A DNA stretch of 64,000 nt from Acidimicrobiales bacterium (GTDB taxonomy: Bacteria; Actinomycetota; Acidimicrobiia; Acidimicrobiales; SZUA-35): NCBI GenBank assembly GCA_965216655.1, contig CBDCGP010000016.1, positions 4,031 to 68,030 on the forward strand. The letters run 5' to 3'. This document shows positions 10,270-19,721 of this stretch, in pieces. Both the position numbers and the translations under genes were made by a program. The notes under the pieces are model-generated. The model worked only from the letters and a program-made list of their open reading frames with translations, did no database searches and was not told where the DNA came from. Positions within the stretch are counted from its first letter, which is position 1; each line of letters opens with the position of its first letter.

Positions 10270-12081
10270 TCAGTCGAGCACGGTGACCGATCCGGTCGAA
10301 CCGTCGACCCGGATCATCTGCCCGTTCTTGATCTGCGAGGTTCCGAATCCGGTGCCGGTCACCGCGGGGATGCCGTATTCGCGGCAGACGATGGCGGCGT
10401 GGCTCATCATCCCGCCGATGTCGGTCACGCACGCTCGGATCTTCGGGAAGACGGGGGCCCACGACGGAGCGGTGATCGGGGCGACGAGAATCTCGCCGTC
10501 CTCGATGTCGCCGATGTCGTCGGGGCTGAATATCAAACGGGCCGGACCCTCGGCCGTGCCGGGGGAGGCGGCCATGCCGGAGATGCCGCCGTCGCCGTCG
10601 GCGCCGAGCCAGCCGGCCACGGAATCCGACGTGATGCCCCACAACATGATGGTGAACGGCTCGGTGACCACGGCGGGCGGGTCACCGAGAGCCTTCGGCG
10701 GCTTCCACTCCTCCATCTTGGCCACGATCTCGCGTCGACGGGCGATCCGCGGTGGCCAGTACTTCGAGCCCCGATTCGGCGCGTTGACGGCCCACGACGA
10801 GTACACGTCGAACAGCACCTCGTCCATCTCGTCGCGACGGATGTAGAAGACGTCGTCGACCGCACCGAGGATCCCCTCCTTCACGAGTGTGGCTCCCAGC
10901 TCCCGGAGCTTGGCCCAGATCACCGACATGGTCCAGTGCTCGATGTAGAAGTTGTGGTTCTCCACGTAGGGGAACACAACCCGGGCCAGGCCGAGCTTCT
11001 CCTGGAACGCCTGCCGGTCCTCGTCGGTTTCCAGCAGCTCCCCATACTCCGACACCACACGATCTCGTTCGGCGGTGATGGCGTCGATCGGTCGGGAGAT
11101 GTCCTCGCCGGCCTCGATCTTCGTGATGTAGTCGGCGATGAAGGCGTACGGGATTTCCGGGTGGTCCTTCCACGTCTTGTCGTAGTGGTAGAAGCCGGTG
11201 CCGGCACTGAAGTTGAACCACGGGTCCTCGACCGCGTTCCAATGGGCTTCGACGGCGGTACCAGCGAGCTTCGACTGGATGCCGGCCACGTCGTCCGGGT
11301 TGTCGAACACCCGGGCCAACCCGGCGTCGACGGCCATCTGAGCCATGACCTTCAGCTCCTCGTTGGGGCGGAACAGGTCGACCTCGATCCCGGCGACCAT
11401 CTTGGCGATGCCGAGATCGGGGATCGACGGGAACGCCTCCTTGCAGAACCCGAAGAAGTCGAGGTAGGCGGCGTAGCCGAGGTTGAGGAACTCGAAGTGG
11501 TACTCCCAGACCCGCAGAATCAGATCCTTGAACCGGTGGTAGTCCGATTGCAGGCGGGAGCCCGAACCCGATCCGAGCCCTTCGGTGATGACCGACGGGT
11601 CCTCCATCTCGGGTAGCGGGGAGAAGTCGAGACCCTCGATCTCGGAGATGGTGGCTTTGATCTTCCCCAACCAGTTCTCGTAGAGATCCCCCCAGTTCAT
11701 GAAGTAGTGGCCGGCCCGCTCCATGAAGTCGGGGACCCGGCTCTCGATTCGGGCGCCGTCCTCGATCGTGACCGGGGTGAGGTAGGGGTAGCCGTAGAGC
11801 ACCCGGAAGTCGATGCCGTCGGCCGGAGGGATCCGATAGTGCCGAGAGTTGAACTGGCTCAGCGCCGAGATGGCCAGCTCCAGGAAGACCGAGTCCCACG
11901 GGGTCATGGCCCGACCCCAGTGCATGGAATCCCAGAACCAGAACCGGCTCTCCTCGTACTCCTTCAGGTCCTCGGAGAAGACGACGCTGTACGGATACAG
12001 CTCCTCCCACCCATCAACGCCTTCGGGTCCTTCGACCCCGAACGGGCTTGGAAATCGCTTCTCGGACGGTGTTTCTGACAT
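10270..12081 (-). CDS. PEP-utilising enzyme with C-terminal mobile phospho-histidine domain (phenylphosphate synthase alpha-like / split PEP synthase)
   Basis: C-terminal ...GEILVAPITAPSWAPVFPKIRACVTDIGGMMSHAAIVCREYGIPAV swivel-His domain. It is preceded by a ~500-aa substrate domain with no ATP-grasp. Confidence 0.8.
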   Translation of the reverse strand: MSETPSEKRFPSPFGVEGPEGVDGWEELYPYSVVFSEDLKEYEESRFWFWDSMHWGRAMTPWDSVFLELAISALSQFNSRHYRIPPADGIDFRVLYGYPYLTPVTIEDGARIESRVPDFMERAGHYFMNWGDLYENWLGKIKATISEIEGLDFSPLPEMEDPSVITEGLGSGSGSRLQSDYHRFKDLILRVWEYHFEFLNLGYAAYLDFFGFCKEAFPSIPDLGIAKMVAGIEVDLFRPNEELKVMAQMAVDAGLARVFDNPDDVAGIQSKLAGTAVEAHWNAVEDPWFNFSAGTGFYHYDKTWKDHPEIPYAFIADYITKIEAGEDISRPIDAITAERDRVVSEYGELLETDEDRQAFQEKLGLARVVFPYVENHNFYIEHWTMSVIWAKLRELGATLVKEGILGAVDDVFYIRRDEMDEVLFDVYSSWAVNAPNRGSKYWPPRIARRREIVAKMEEWKPPKALGDPPAVVTEPFTIMLWGITSDSVAGWLGADGDGGISGMAASPGTAEGPARLIFSPDDIGDIEDGEILVAPITAPSWAPVFPKIRACVTDIGGMMSHAAIVCREYGIPAVTGTGFGTSQIKNGQMIRVDGSTGSVTVLD

Positions 12082-12121
12082 CTGACGATGCTCCCCTTTA
12101 TCAGTTGGACTGTGACTTGAA

Positions 12122-13204
12122 CTATGAGTTGTTGTCTTTGTTGTGCATGGGTGACAGCAGCGTGGACACGATCGAACGCATCGGGTCTCCGGTCTTCGCC
12201 CCCACCGCCTTCCTCGGTTTCCGGGACCACACCGTCTCCGGCCTCGACTGCAGCATCACGACGTTCTCACCGGGCGGCAGATGCCGGTCGATGGCCCACT
12301 CGACGTCTTGCGGACAGCCGTAGTGCTTCTCGGCCCGACGGGCCAGGATCGTGATGGCCACCAGATCCTCATCGGAGACACACGAGGAGTTGCGCCGATC
12401 GGCATCGACCTCGGTCTTCTCCACCACACCGCCATCGGTCAACCGGTACTCGATCGCCTTGTCGGAGATCTCGCGGTGGACCACCTCCCGAAGAACCTTG
12501 TCGACCAGGAAATTGTCGGGTGTGACCTCGCCCGACACCACCGCCTCGCCCAGTCCCCACGAGGCATCGATGGCCACCTGTGAGCGATCGCCGTTGGTCG
12601 GGTTGAGCGTGAACGCCACCCCTGACGCAATCGGTTCCACCATCTTCTGTACGCCGACCGACATGGCGATTGCCTGGTGGAGATACCCCATGGAATGCCG
12701 GTAGGCGATCGCCCGGTCGGTGAACAGCGACGACCAACACTTCTTGACGTTCTCGACGACGTTGTCGGCCCCGACGATCCAGAGGTACGTGTCCTGCTGC
12801 CCGGCGAACGATGCGTCGGGCAGGTCCTCGGCCGTGGCCGACGACCGGACGGCGACCGGCACGTCGTCGACATCACAATGGCGACACAGTGCTTCGTACG
12901 CCTCGACGATGTCGCTCGCCACCTGGTCGGGCACTGGATTCTGCTCGATCCGGTCCCTGATCTTGGCCGAGATCTCCCGGTTGGCGGCCACGTCGTCGTG
13001 GTCGATCGATCGCAGGAGATCGTTGACGTCGTTGACCAGGGTCTCGTCGTTCCAGATCAACCCGTATGCGTTGGTGGTGACCGCGAAGCCCGGCGGCACC
13101 GGAAGCTCGGCCCGCATCATCTCGCCCAGGCTCGAGTTCTTCCCGCCGACGAACGGCTTGTGATCCGCCTCGTAGCGATCGAACCACACGATGTGATCAG
13201 TCAT
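12122..13204 (-). CDS. PEP/pyruvate-binding (PPDK_N, ATP-grasp) domain protein (phenylphosphate synthase beta-like)
   Basis: VGGKNSSLGEMMRAELPVPPGFAVTT and SSATAEDLPDASFAGQQDTYL are typical of the N-terminal nucleotide-binding part of PEP synthase. The MTDHIVWF start at 13204 was chosen. Confidence 0.8.
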   Translation of the reverse strand: MTDHIVWFDRYEADHKPFVGGKNSSLGEMMRAELPVPPGFAVTTNAYGLIWNDETLVNDVNDLLRSIDHDDVAANREISAKIRDRIEQNPVPDQVASDIVEAYEALCRHCDVDDVPVAVRSSATAEDLPDASFAGQQDTYLWIVGADNVVENVKKCWSSLFTDRAIAYRHSMGYLHQAIAMSVGVQKMVEPIASGVAFTLNPTNGDRSQVAIDASWGLGEAVVSGEVTPDNFLVDKVLREVVHREISDKAIEYRLTDGGVVEKTEVDADRRNSSCVSDEDLVAITILARRAEKHYGCPQDVEWAIDRHLPPGENVVMLQSRPETVWSRKPRKAVGAKTGDPMRSIVSTLLSPMHNKDNNS

Positions 13205-13315
13205 GGTTGCGTCGACCTTTCTCGCGGTGAAGGATCGGATTGTCGGTAGCTCCTTGGCCCAATCGATGACGGGGCAGGCTTCGCACATGTTCGTCTCCGC
13301 TGCTCTCGCGCCCGC

Positions 13316-14566
13316 TCACGTGACGCTCGGGGGCCCGGTCAGCTCGGACGGATCGGCGAAGCCCGACCAGTCGTCGATGACCGACCATTGTGGTAGCTGA
13401 TCGATTCGGGGGACCTTGATCTCCTGGACACGGTTGCGATAGGCCACGGTGGCGTCGGCGCCGCCCGTGGACTCGGTGCCCGGGCGCGCCGGGGGCGCCA
13501 GCAACTTGATGCGAACGTGTTCGGTGTTGTAGGGCTCGCCAGGGTCGTAACCCAGCGCCGACACCGCCACCGCCCGGATACAGCCGGAGTGGGTGGCGAT
13601 CGCCAGACGGGCACCGGGGAAGTCGTCGGCCAGCGAGTTGATCCCAGCCCAGAACCGGCGAACGCACATCGCCGGCGGCTCGAAGTGGACGAGCGGGATC
13701 GTGAGCCAGTGCTGGATCGGGTCGCCGCCACCCTGCTGGGTACGCCAGAAGCGATCCATCTCCACCAGCCACAACGGGCGATCACTGCGGGCCGACCGTT
13801 CGAACTGCTCGAGCAGGGCGTGGTACTCGCGGAAAGCGGCGGTCACGTCCTTCAAACCGTCGGGGGCCGCGAACCCGAAGTTGCGGAACTCGGCCATCGG
13901 TTCCGGCTCGACGATGGTGATCTCCTTCTCGTACTGCTCGAGCCCGTCGGCCAGGCCGCGGCGGATCTGCTCGGACGTCTCCCGGGCCCGATTGGTGGGG
14001 GCATGGCGGAAGACGACGGTCTCGCCGGAACGAATCCGGCGGGCCAGGGTTCGCCCGTAGCTGTGGGACTGCCAGGCGCCCTGAGGGGTGAGCCCGGAAT
14101 CCGTCGAGTAACCCTGGGTTTCGCCGTGGCGGATCAGGTAGACGTCGTTGGTGACCTGCCGGAACGCCTCCGGCGGCGCCGAGATCTCCTTGTTGCGATT
14201 GTCCTCGGTCAGCGACTGCTGGACGGTGAGGTCGGCTCGCTGCCACAGCGGCTTGTCGCTGTCCTCGGGACGCTGATGCGCCGTTCGCTCCCGGAATCGC
14301 TGCAGGTACAGCGGTGCGCCGTCCGGCCGGGCCGGGCCGTCGAGGCCATCGACCGGTGTTGCCGTGCCGTTTCCGGCGTGTGCGCCCGATTCGGGGGCCG
14401 TTTCGAGGTCGCTGCCGGTCGACTGCTGTCGCTCCCGGTAACGGGCCAGATACATCGGCGCCTCGTACCGGTCGGTCACGCGCTTGCGCACGCCGACCGG
14501 CTGGGCCGACTGGCCGTTGCGCCTCGGAGTGGCGGGTCCTGGATTGGGTTGCTTCTCGTCTGCCAT
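13316..14566 (-). CDS. histidine phosphatase (phosphoglycerate mutase-like) family protein with long low-complexity N-terminal extension
   Basis: VYLIRHGETQGYS (RHG catalytic motif) and a later IATHSGCIR. The N-terminal ~130 aa carries a duplicated APxYLxRxRER motif. Confidence 0.75.
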   Translation of the reverse strand: MADEKQPNPGPATPRRNGQSAQPVGVRKRVTDRYEAPMYLARYRERQQSTGSDLETAPESGAHAGNGTATPVDGLDGPARPDGAPLYLQRFRERTAHQRPEDSDKPLWQRADLTVQQSLTEDNRNKEISAPPEAFRQVTNDVYLIRHGETQGYSTDSGLTPQGAWQSHSYGRTLARRIRSGETVVFRHAPTNRARETSEQIRRGLADGLEQYEKEITIVEPEPMAEFRNFGFAAPDGLKDVTAAFREYHALLEQFERSARSDRPLWLVEMDRFWRTQQGGGDPIQHWLTIPLVHFEPPAMCVRRFWAGINSLADDFPGARLAIATHSGCIRAVAVSALGYDPGEPYNTEHVRIKLLAPPARPGTESTGGADATVAYRNRVQEIKVPRIDQLPQWSVIDDWSGFADPSELTGPPSVT

Positions 14567-14591
14567 TGCGTTTGATCCGTTCCCCGGTGGT

Positions 14592-15509
14592 CTAGGAGTG
14601 CACCGTCATGAATCGTTGGTCGACCTGTCCGCGGTAGCAGAACACGGCTCGGCCCATCTCGGACTCGGTCCAGGTGGTCGGCTCGTCGTCGGGGTCGAAC
14701 CAGTAGCCGCCGGTGTAGACCTCGTTTCGGTTGCCCGCCGGGTCGAAGAAGTAGAGGCCACAGCCCCGGGTGGCGCCGTGGCGGGTCGGGCCGGCGTCGA
14801 TCTCCACGCCGTGGTGGGCGCAGGTGTCGGCGGCGTGCTTGAGGTCGCTCCACTCGTCGACCCAGTAGGCCACGTGGTGAAAGCCGCCGTTGGGGCCGGT
14901 GAGGAACGCGATGTCGTGGGGTGTGTGGGTCCGCTCCAGGAAGGTGGTGAGCTGGTGACCATCGTCGGCCACGATCTGCTCGGTCAGGCGAAATTCGAGC
15001 ACGTCGGTGAAGAACCTGGTGACGCCGTCCACGTCCTCGCAGAGCAGGAAGATGTGGTCGATCCGAGGCGGGTGGATGCCGACGAGGCCGTCTGGTCGGG
15101 GAGGGGGGTTGATGAGCGACAAACCGTTGCCGACCTGACCCTGCCCGCACTCCAGATCGATGACGTGTCCGCTCGGCCCGACGAACCGGGCGATCCGCCC
15201 GGAGGCGACATCGAGCTCGCCCGGGGCGTGGTGGCTGACGGTGATCCCCGCCGTCTCGACCTTGGCCGCCAGTCGTTCGAGTTCGGATTCCTCCATGACC
15301 TTGAAGGCCAGCGCGTTGAGCCCGTACGTGGGAGAGGCGGTGAGGATCAGGGAGTGGTGCTGGTGCTCGTCCCAACCCTTGAGGTAGGCCTTGTCGGTGG
15401 TGCGACCGGTCTCGACGAGGCCGACCACCTCGACGTAGTAGGCGAGTGCCAGCTCGAGGTCGGGCACCCGGACCTCGGCGTGGGAGAGTCGAAGAATTCC
15501 GTCAGTCAC
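14592..15509 (-). CDS. extradiol ring-cleavage dioxygenase (catechol 2,3-dioxygenase type, two-domain VOC)
   Basis: ILRLSHAEVRVPDLELALAYY, HDIAFL and HHVAYWVD motifs. About 305 aa. Confidence 0.9.
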   Translation of the reverse strand: MTDGILRLSHAEVRVPDLELALAYYVEVVGLVETGRTTDKAYLKGWDEHQHHSLILTASPTYGLNALAFKVMEESELERLAAKVETAGITVSHHAPGELDVASGRIARFVGPSGHVIDLECGQGQVGNGLSLINPPPRPDGLVGIHPPRIDHIFLLCEDVDGVTRFFTDVLEFRLTEQIVADDGHQLTTFLERTHTPHDIAFLTGPNGGFHHVAYWVDEWSDLKHAADTCAHHGVEIDAGPTRHGATRGCGLYFFDPAGNRNEVYTGGYWFDPDDEPTTWTESEMGRAVFCYRGQVDQRFMTVHS

Positions 15510-15521
15510 GCTTCCTACTCC

Positions 15522-16430
15522 CTACGTGTGGACCGTCGCGAAACGTTCGTTGATGACGCCCTCGTAATAGAAGACCGCTCGTCCGGCCTCCTCGTCGGTC
15601 CACGTGATGGTCGGGAAATCCGGGTCCGGCCGGTAGCCGCCCGAGAACACCTCGTTGCGTGTTCCCATCGGGTCGAAGAAGTAGATCGTGTTGCCCCGAG
15701 TGAGGCCGTGACGAGTGGGCCCGATGTCGACGCTCACCCCGTTGTAGGCCAGGATGTCGGCGGCCCTGCGCACGTGATCCCAGTCATCGAGCCAGAACGA
15801 GAAGTGGTGCAGCGCGCCGTTCGGTCCCTGTACGAAGGCGATGTCGTGGGGTTTGGCCGAGCGTTCGAGGAAGGCGATCATCTGATGGCCGCCACCGTCG
15901 AGCAGCTGCTCGGTCAATCGGAAATCGAGCACGTCGGTGAAGAAGCGGGCGACGGCCGGGACCTCCTCGGCGTGGACGAGGAGGTGGTCGATCCTCGGTG
16001 GTGCGATCCCGACGAGGTCGGCGACCATCGGCGGGGGATTGACGAGCGGGAGCCGCCCGCCGACCTTCTCGACGTCGGCCACCAGCTCCATCTCGTGGCC
16101 GGAGGTCAGCTCGAAACGAATCGACTCGCCCTGACCGATCTCCTCACCCTTGGAGATGCGCTGCACCGGATGGCCGGCGTTCTCGATTCGTGACTCGAAG
16201 TGGTCGAGGTCGTCCTCGTGCTCGACTTTGAACGAGAACCGATCGAGTCCGACCCTGGGGTCGTGGCGGATGGCCAGACAGTGGTGATCTCGCTCGTCCC
16301 AGCACTTGAGGAAGATGCGATCGTCGGTGCGTTCGGTGATGTCGAGACCCATCACCTGGGTGTAGTACGCAGCCGCCAGTTCCAGGTCGGGGCAATGAAT
16401 GTCGACGTGGCTGAGGCGGAGGATTCCCAT
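15522..16430 (-). CDS. extradiol ring-cleavage dioxygenase, tandem paralogue
   Basis: ILRLSHVDIHCPDLELAAAYY, HDIAFV and HHFSFWLD. Colinear with 14592..15509. Confidence 0.9.
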   Translation of the reverse strand: MGILRLSHVDIHCPDLELAAAYYTQVMGLDITERTDDRIFLKCWDERDHHCLAIRHDPRVGLDRFSFKVEHEDDLDHFESRIENAGHPVQRISKGEEIGQGESIRFELTSGHEMELVADVEKVGGRLPLVNPPPMVADLVGIAPPRIDHLLVHAEEVPAVARFFTDVLDFRLTEQLLDGGGHQMIAFLERSAKPHDIAFVQGPNGALHHFSFWLDDWDHVRRAADILAYNGVSVDIGPTRHGLTRGNTIYFFDPMGTRNEVFSGGYRPDPDFPTITWTDEEAGRAVFYYEGVINERFATVHT

Positions 16431-16524
16431 GTGACCGACGCTACATCAACCGTTTCTCCTAGTGGGAAACTATTCCGTATGCAGGGACGACACGGTGGGT
16501 GGACCGTGGCTACAGTTGTCGGCC
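16431..16524. promoter_or_regulatory. divergent promoter/operator region between dioxygenase operon and IclR regulator
   Basis: 94-bp intergenic region with short inverted repeats (gtttc-N9-gaaac; ggaa-acta-ttcc). Inferred from position only. Confidence 0.35.
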
Positions 16525-17298
16525 ATGTCGGGGAATCGGCTCACTTCGGTAACCAATGCCGTTCGGCTGATCAAGGCGTTCACCCCGACCCGAACCACGT
16601 GGGGCGTGTCCGAGCTGTCCAGGGAGCTGGGCATCTCGAAGTCGTCGGTGCACCGGATACTGGCCACGCTGACCGACGAGGGCATGCTGGAACAGGAACC
16701 GGAGACCGGCCGCTACCGGCTCGGGCTCGCGATGTACGAGCTGGCCGCTGCCGTGCCGTCGCAGCGCGATCTGCACGAGGCCGTGCTCCTGCCGATGACC
16801 GAGCTGCGCAACCGTACCGGGGAGACCGTGCAGGTCGGTGTGCTCGACGGCATTCACGTCGTCTACATCGAGCGGCTCGACAGCCCGAACACGCTCCGGC
16901 TGTTCACCGACGTCGGTCGACGCAACGAAGGGCACTGCACCGCCACCGGAAAGGCGCTGCTCGCCCACCTGCCGGTGGAACGCCGAGACCGGATCCTGCG
17001 TGAAATGACCCTCACCAAACGCACGGCCTACACGATCACCTCGCCCCGGAGGTTCAGGGAGGAACTCGAGAAGATCAGGGCGCAGGGCTATGCCGAGAAC
17101 CGCCACGAATCGGAGGTCGGAGTTGTGTCGGTTGCCGCCCCGATCCGCGACTCCGGGGGTGCGATCATCGCCGCCATCAGCGTGGCCGGGCCGGCCGAAC
17201 GAGTTGATCCCCTGCGCAGTCAGATGGCGCAAGCCGTGCAGCGGGCCGCCGGACTGGTTTCGCACCGTCTGGGTTACCGCGGGGGCGGCGAACCGTGA
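16525..17298 (+). CDS. IclR family transcriptional regulator
   Basis: N-terminal wHTH (VSELSRELGISKSSVHRILATL) followed by an IclR effector domain. The ATG at 16525 was chosen. Confidence 0.9.
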   Translation: MSGNRLTSVTNAVRLIKAFTPTRTTWGVSELSRELGISKSSVHRILATLTDEGMLEQEPETGRYRLGLAMYELAAAVPSQRDLHEAVLLPMTELRNRTGETVQVGVLDGIHVVYIERLDSPNTLRLFTDVGRRNEGHCTATGKALLAHLPVERRDRILREMTLTKRTAYTITSPRRFREELEKIRAQGYAENRHESEVGVVSVAAPIRDSGGAIIAAISVAGPAERVDPLRSQMAQAVQRAAGLVSHRLGYRGGGEP

Positions 17299-17321
17299 AG
17301 TTGATCTGGGAAAGTTGAACC

Positions 17322-17987
17322 GTGAAAGACCCTGATATCGATGTTCTGCTGCTCGACTTCGGCGGCGTGTGCCTGCTCAACCCGGTCGAACTTCACCGCA
17401 AGACCGAGCGCGAGCTCGGCCTGGCCGCCGGGTCGCTCGACTGGATGGGGCCTCTTGACCCCGACAGCGATCCGCTCTGGAAGCGGATGATCGCCGGCGA
17501 CGGACTCACCGAGCGCGACTACTGGCACCAACGGGCGGCCGAACTCGGCGAGGCCGGCAGGCGGGATCTCACCCTTCGGGACTACATGGCCCTCATCTAC
17601 AATCCGCCGTCCGACGACCTCGTGCGTCCCGGGGCGAAACGGGTGGTGGCCGACGCGCAGAGCGCCGGCTATCAGGTTTCGGTTCTGACCAACGATCTCC
17701 GAGACTTCCACGGTCCCGACTGGGAGCACGGGATCGGCCTCCTCCAGAAGATCGACCATCTCGTCGACTGCTCCGACACCGACATCCTCAAACCCGACCC
17801 CCGGGCGTTCGAGCGGGCGGTCGAGATCATCGGCGCCCCTGCCGAGCGAGTGTTGTTCGTCGACGACCAACCGCTCAACGTGACCGGCGGGTCCGACTGC
17901 GGTCTTCAGGCGATGTGGTTCGACATCGCCAACGCCGAACGATCATGGGACGACGTGGCCACGCGCCTCGGTCTGGTCGCCGGCTGA
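17322..17987 (+). CDS. HAD superfamily hydrolase (subfamily IA-like)
   Basis: Motif I LLLDFGGV, motif II VLTND, KPD, and motif IV LFVDDQ. Confidence 0.8.
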   Translation: MKDPDIDVLLLDFGGVCLLNPVELHRKTERELGLAAGSLDWMGPLDPDSDPLWKRMIAGDGLTERDYWHQRAAELGEAGRRDLTLRDYMALIYNPPSDDLVRPGAKRVVADAQSAGYQVSVLTNDLRDFHGPDWEHGIGLLQKIDHLVDCSDTDILKPDPRAFERAVEIIGAPAERVLFVDDQPLNVTGGSDCGLQAMWFDIANAERSWDDVATRLGLVAG

Positions 17988-18802
17988 TGGCCACCGTCGG
18001 CGATTCCGGAGTGCTCGACGCTGAGACCGTGGCCACAGTGGCCGCCGAACTGTGGCGAGCCGAGCAGTCCGGGCAGGCGGTCGACCTCCCCTCGAACCGA
18101 TTTCCCGGATTCACCTGGGCCGACGCCCGGTCGGTGGCCCGAGCGGTCGACGGCCTTCGTGCCGCCGACGGACACCAGCTGATCGGCTACAAGCTCGGTT
18201 GGACCTCGGCCGTGATGCGGGAGGCGCTCGGGATCGACCGGCCGAATTGGGGAACGTTGTGGGACTACCAGATGGTCGACGGGAGCGACCGGGCGACCGT
18301 GGACATTGCGGCGTTGCGCCACCCCAAGGTCGAACCCGAATTGGTCTACCGCGGCGGTCGTGACCTGGTCGGCTCCGACGTCGATCGTGCCGACGTTCTC
18401 GCAGCGGCCGACGGCTGGGCGCTCGGCCACGAGATCGTCCATCCCCGATACCCGGACTTCGGCTTCACATGGCTCGACAACACCGCGGACAATTCGTCGT
18501 CCCAAGCCGTCGTGATCGGTTCCTTCGCAGCGCTCGACGGTGATCCTGCCGGCGTCGAGATCACCTTCGGCAACCGGCGGGAGGTCCGCACCGGATCCGG
18601 TGCCGCCGCCATGGACTCGCCGGCCGACGCGGTCGCCTGGCTCGTGCGATCACTCCATGGCGAGGGCGGCGGGCTCCGGGCGGGCCACATCGTGTTGACC
18701 GGGGGTCTGGCCAAGCCGTTCGACCTGGTGTCGGGAGATCACTACCATCTCGAAGCCGATGGACTGGATTCGGTCGGCTTCGATGTGACCGCGACCCGAT
18801 GA
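17987..18802 (+). CDS. MhpD/XylI-family hydratase/decarboxylase paralogue
   Basis: LIGYKLGWTSAVMREALGIDRPNWGTLWDYQMV. The start ATG overlaps the HAD stop (TGATG). Confidence 0.75.
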   Translation: MATVGDSGVLDAETVATVAAELWRAEQSGQAVDLPSNRFPGFTWADARSVARAVDGLRAADGHQLIGYKLGWTSAVMREALGIDRPNWGTLWDYQMVDGSDRATVDIAALRHPKVEPELVYRGGRDLVGSDVDRADVLAAADGWALGHEIVHPRYPDFGFTWLDNTADNSSSQAVVIGSFAALDGDPAGVEITFGNRREVRTGSGAAAMDSPADAVAWLVRSLHGEGGGLRAGHIVLTGGLAKPFDLVSGDHYHLEADGLDSVGFDVTATR

Positions 18803-19665
18803 ACACCACACCGAACGTCGATCCCGGGCACCAACGTCATGTGGAGGCGGCTCGTCTGCTGCTCGACGCCCGACGGACCGGGCAAACCTTGGCTGCGCTG
18901 CCCGGCGATCTTCGCCCCGACACCTTCGCCGACGGCTACCGGATTCAGGATGCACTGATCGATCTGGACGGCCGGTCGATCGGACTGATCAAGGTCGGTT
19001 GCACCACCATCGAGACGCAGCGGATCATGAACCTGGCCGAACCGATCGGCGGTTGCCTGGCCGCCGAGGCGGTGCACCGGTCCGGCGCGACCGTGGAGGT
19101 GGCGACGTTCCACCACCCTCCGCTGATCGAATGCGAGTTCGCCATGCGGGTCGCCGTCGACATCACCCCGGACCGAACGTTCGCCACGGTCGACGACGCG
19201 ATCTCGGTGGCCGACGCAGTCGCTCCGGCACTGGAACTGGTCGACGGCCGATACGACACCCAGCTCGGCATCGACGGACCGAGTGTCGTGGCCGACAACT
19301 CGATGGCCACCGCCGCCGTGCTCGGTTCCGCCGTCGGGCTCGGAGACGGCGGCTTCGATCCTGCCGCCCTGGCCTCGACCGTGGTGCGACTGGTGGCCGA
19401 GGCAAATGCTGACGGAGGGCCCGAGGAGCTGGTCACGGAGGGATTGGGGGCCAACGTACTCGGTGACCCCTGGCGGTCGTTCCACTGGGCGCTGGGGCAT
19501 CTGGCCGCTCGAAAGCGGCCGGTCGCAGCCGGCACGTGGATCATCACCGGCAGCTGTTCGGGTGCGCCGGCCGCCCCGCTCGATCGCCGTCTGACCGCCC
19601 GGTTCGCCGGCCTCGGCGAGGTGTCGGTCACGATCACCGGGAGCCCGGCAGAGGATTCGAGGTAA
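18799..19665 (+). CDS. MhpD/XylI-family hydratase/decarboxylase paralogue (divergent)
   Basis: GYRIQDALIDL...LIKVGCTT...PLIECEFAM. ATGA overlap with the upstream gene. Confidence 0.7.
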   Translation: MNTTPNVDPGHQRHVEAARLLLDARRTGQTLAALPGDLRPDTFADGYRIQDALIDLDGRSIGLIKVGCTTIETQRIMNLAEPIGGCLAAEAVHRSGATVEVATFHHPPLIECEFAMRVAVDITPDRTFATVDDAISVADAVAPALELVDGRYDTQLGIDGPSVVADNSMATAAVLGSAVGLGDGGFDPAALASTVVRLVAEANADGGPEELVTEGLGANVLGDPWRSFHWALGHLAARKRPVAAGTWIITGSCSGAPAAPLDRRLTARFAGLGEVSVTITGSPAEDSR

Positions 19666-19721
19666 AAAGATTCGTGGCAAAAGGTGAGGCTTGGCCGCGC
19701 CGTTTGCTTCAATTGGTGCCG

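Noticed and set aside
10682-12010. 442-aa ORF in an alternative frame of the PEP-utilising enzyme gene. Similar very long shadow ORFs occur at 14484..16193, 24071..25840, 26647..28209, 43524..45284, 50632..52461 and 53131..54474.
   Set aside because: The translations are Arg/Pro/Gly/Ala-rich with no motifs. They lie antisense to, or out of frame with, genes that carry strong family signatures. This is the typical open-frame artefact of high-GC DNA.
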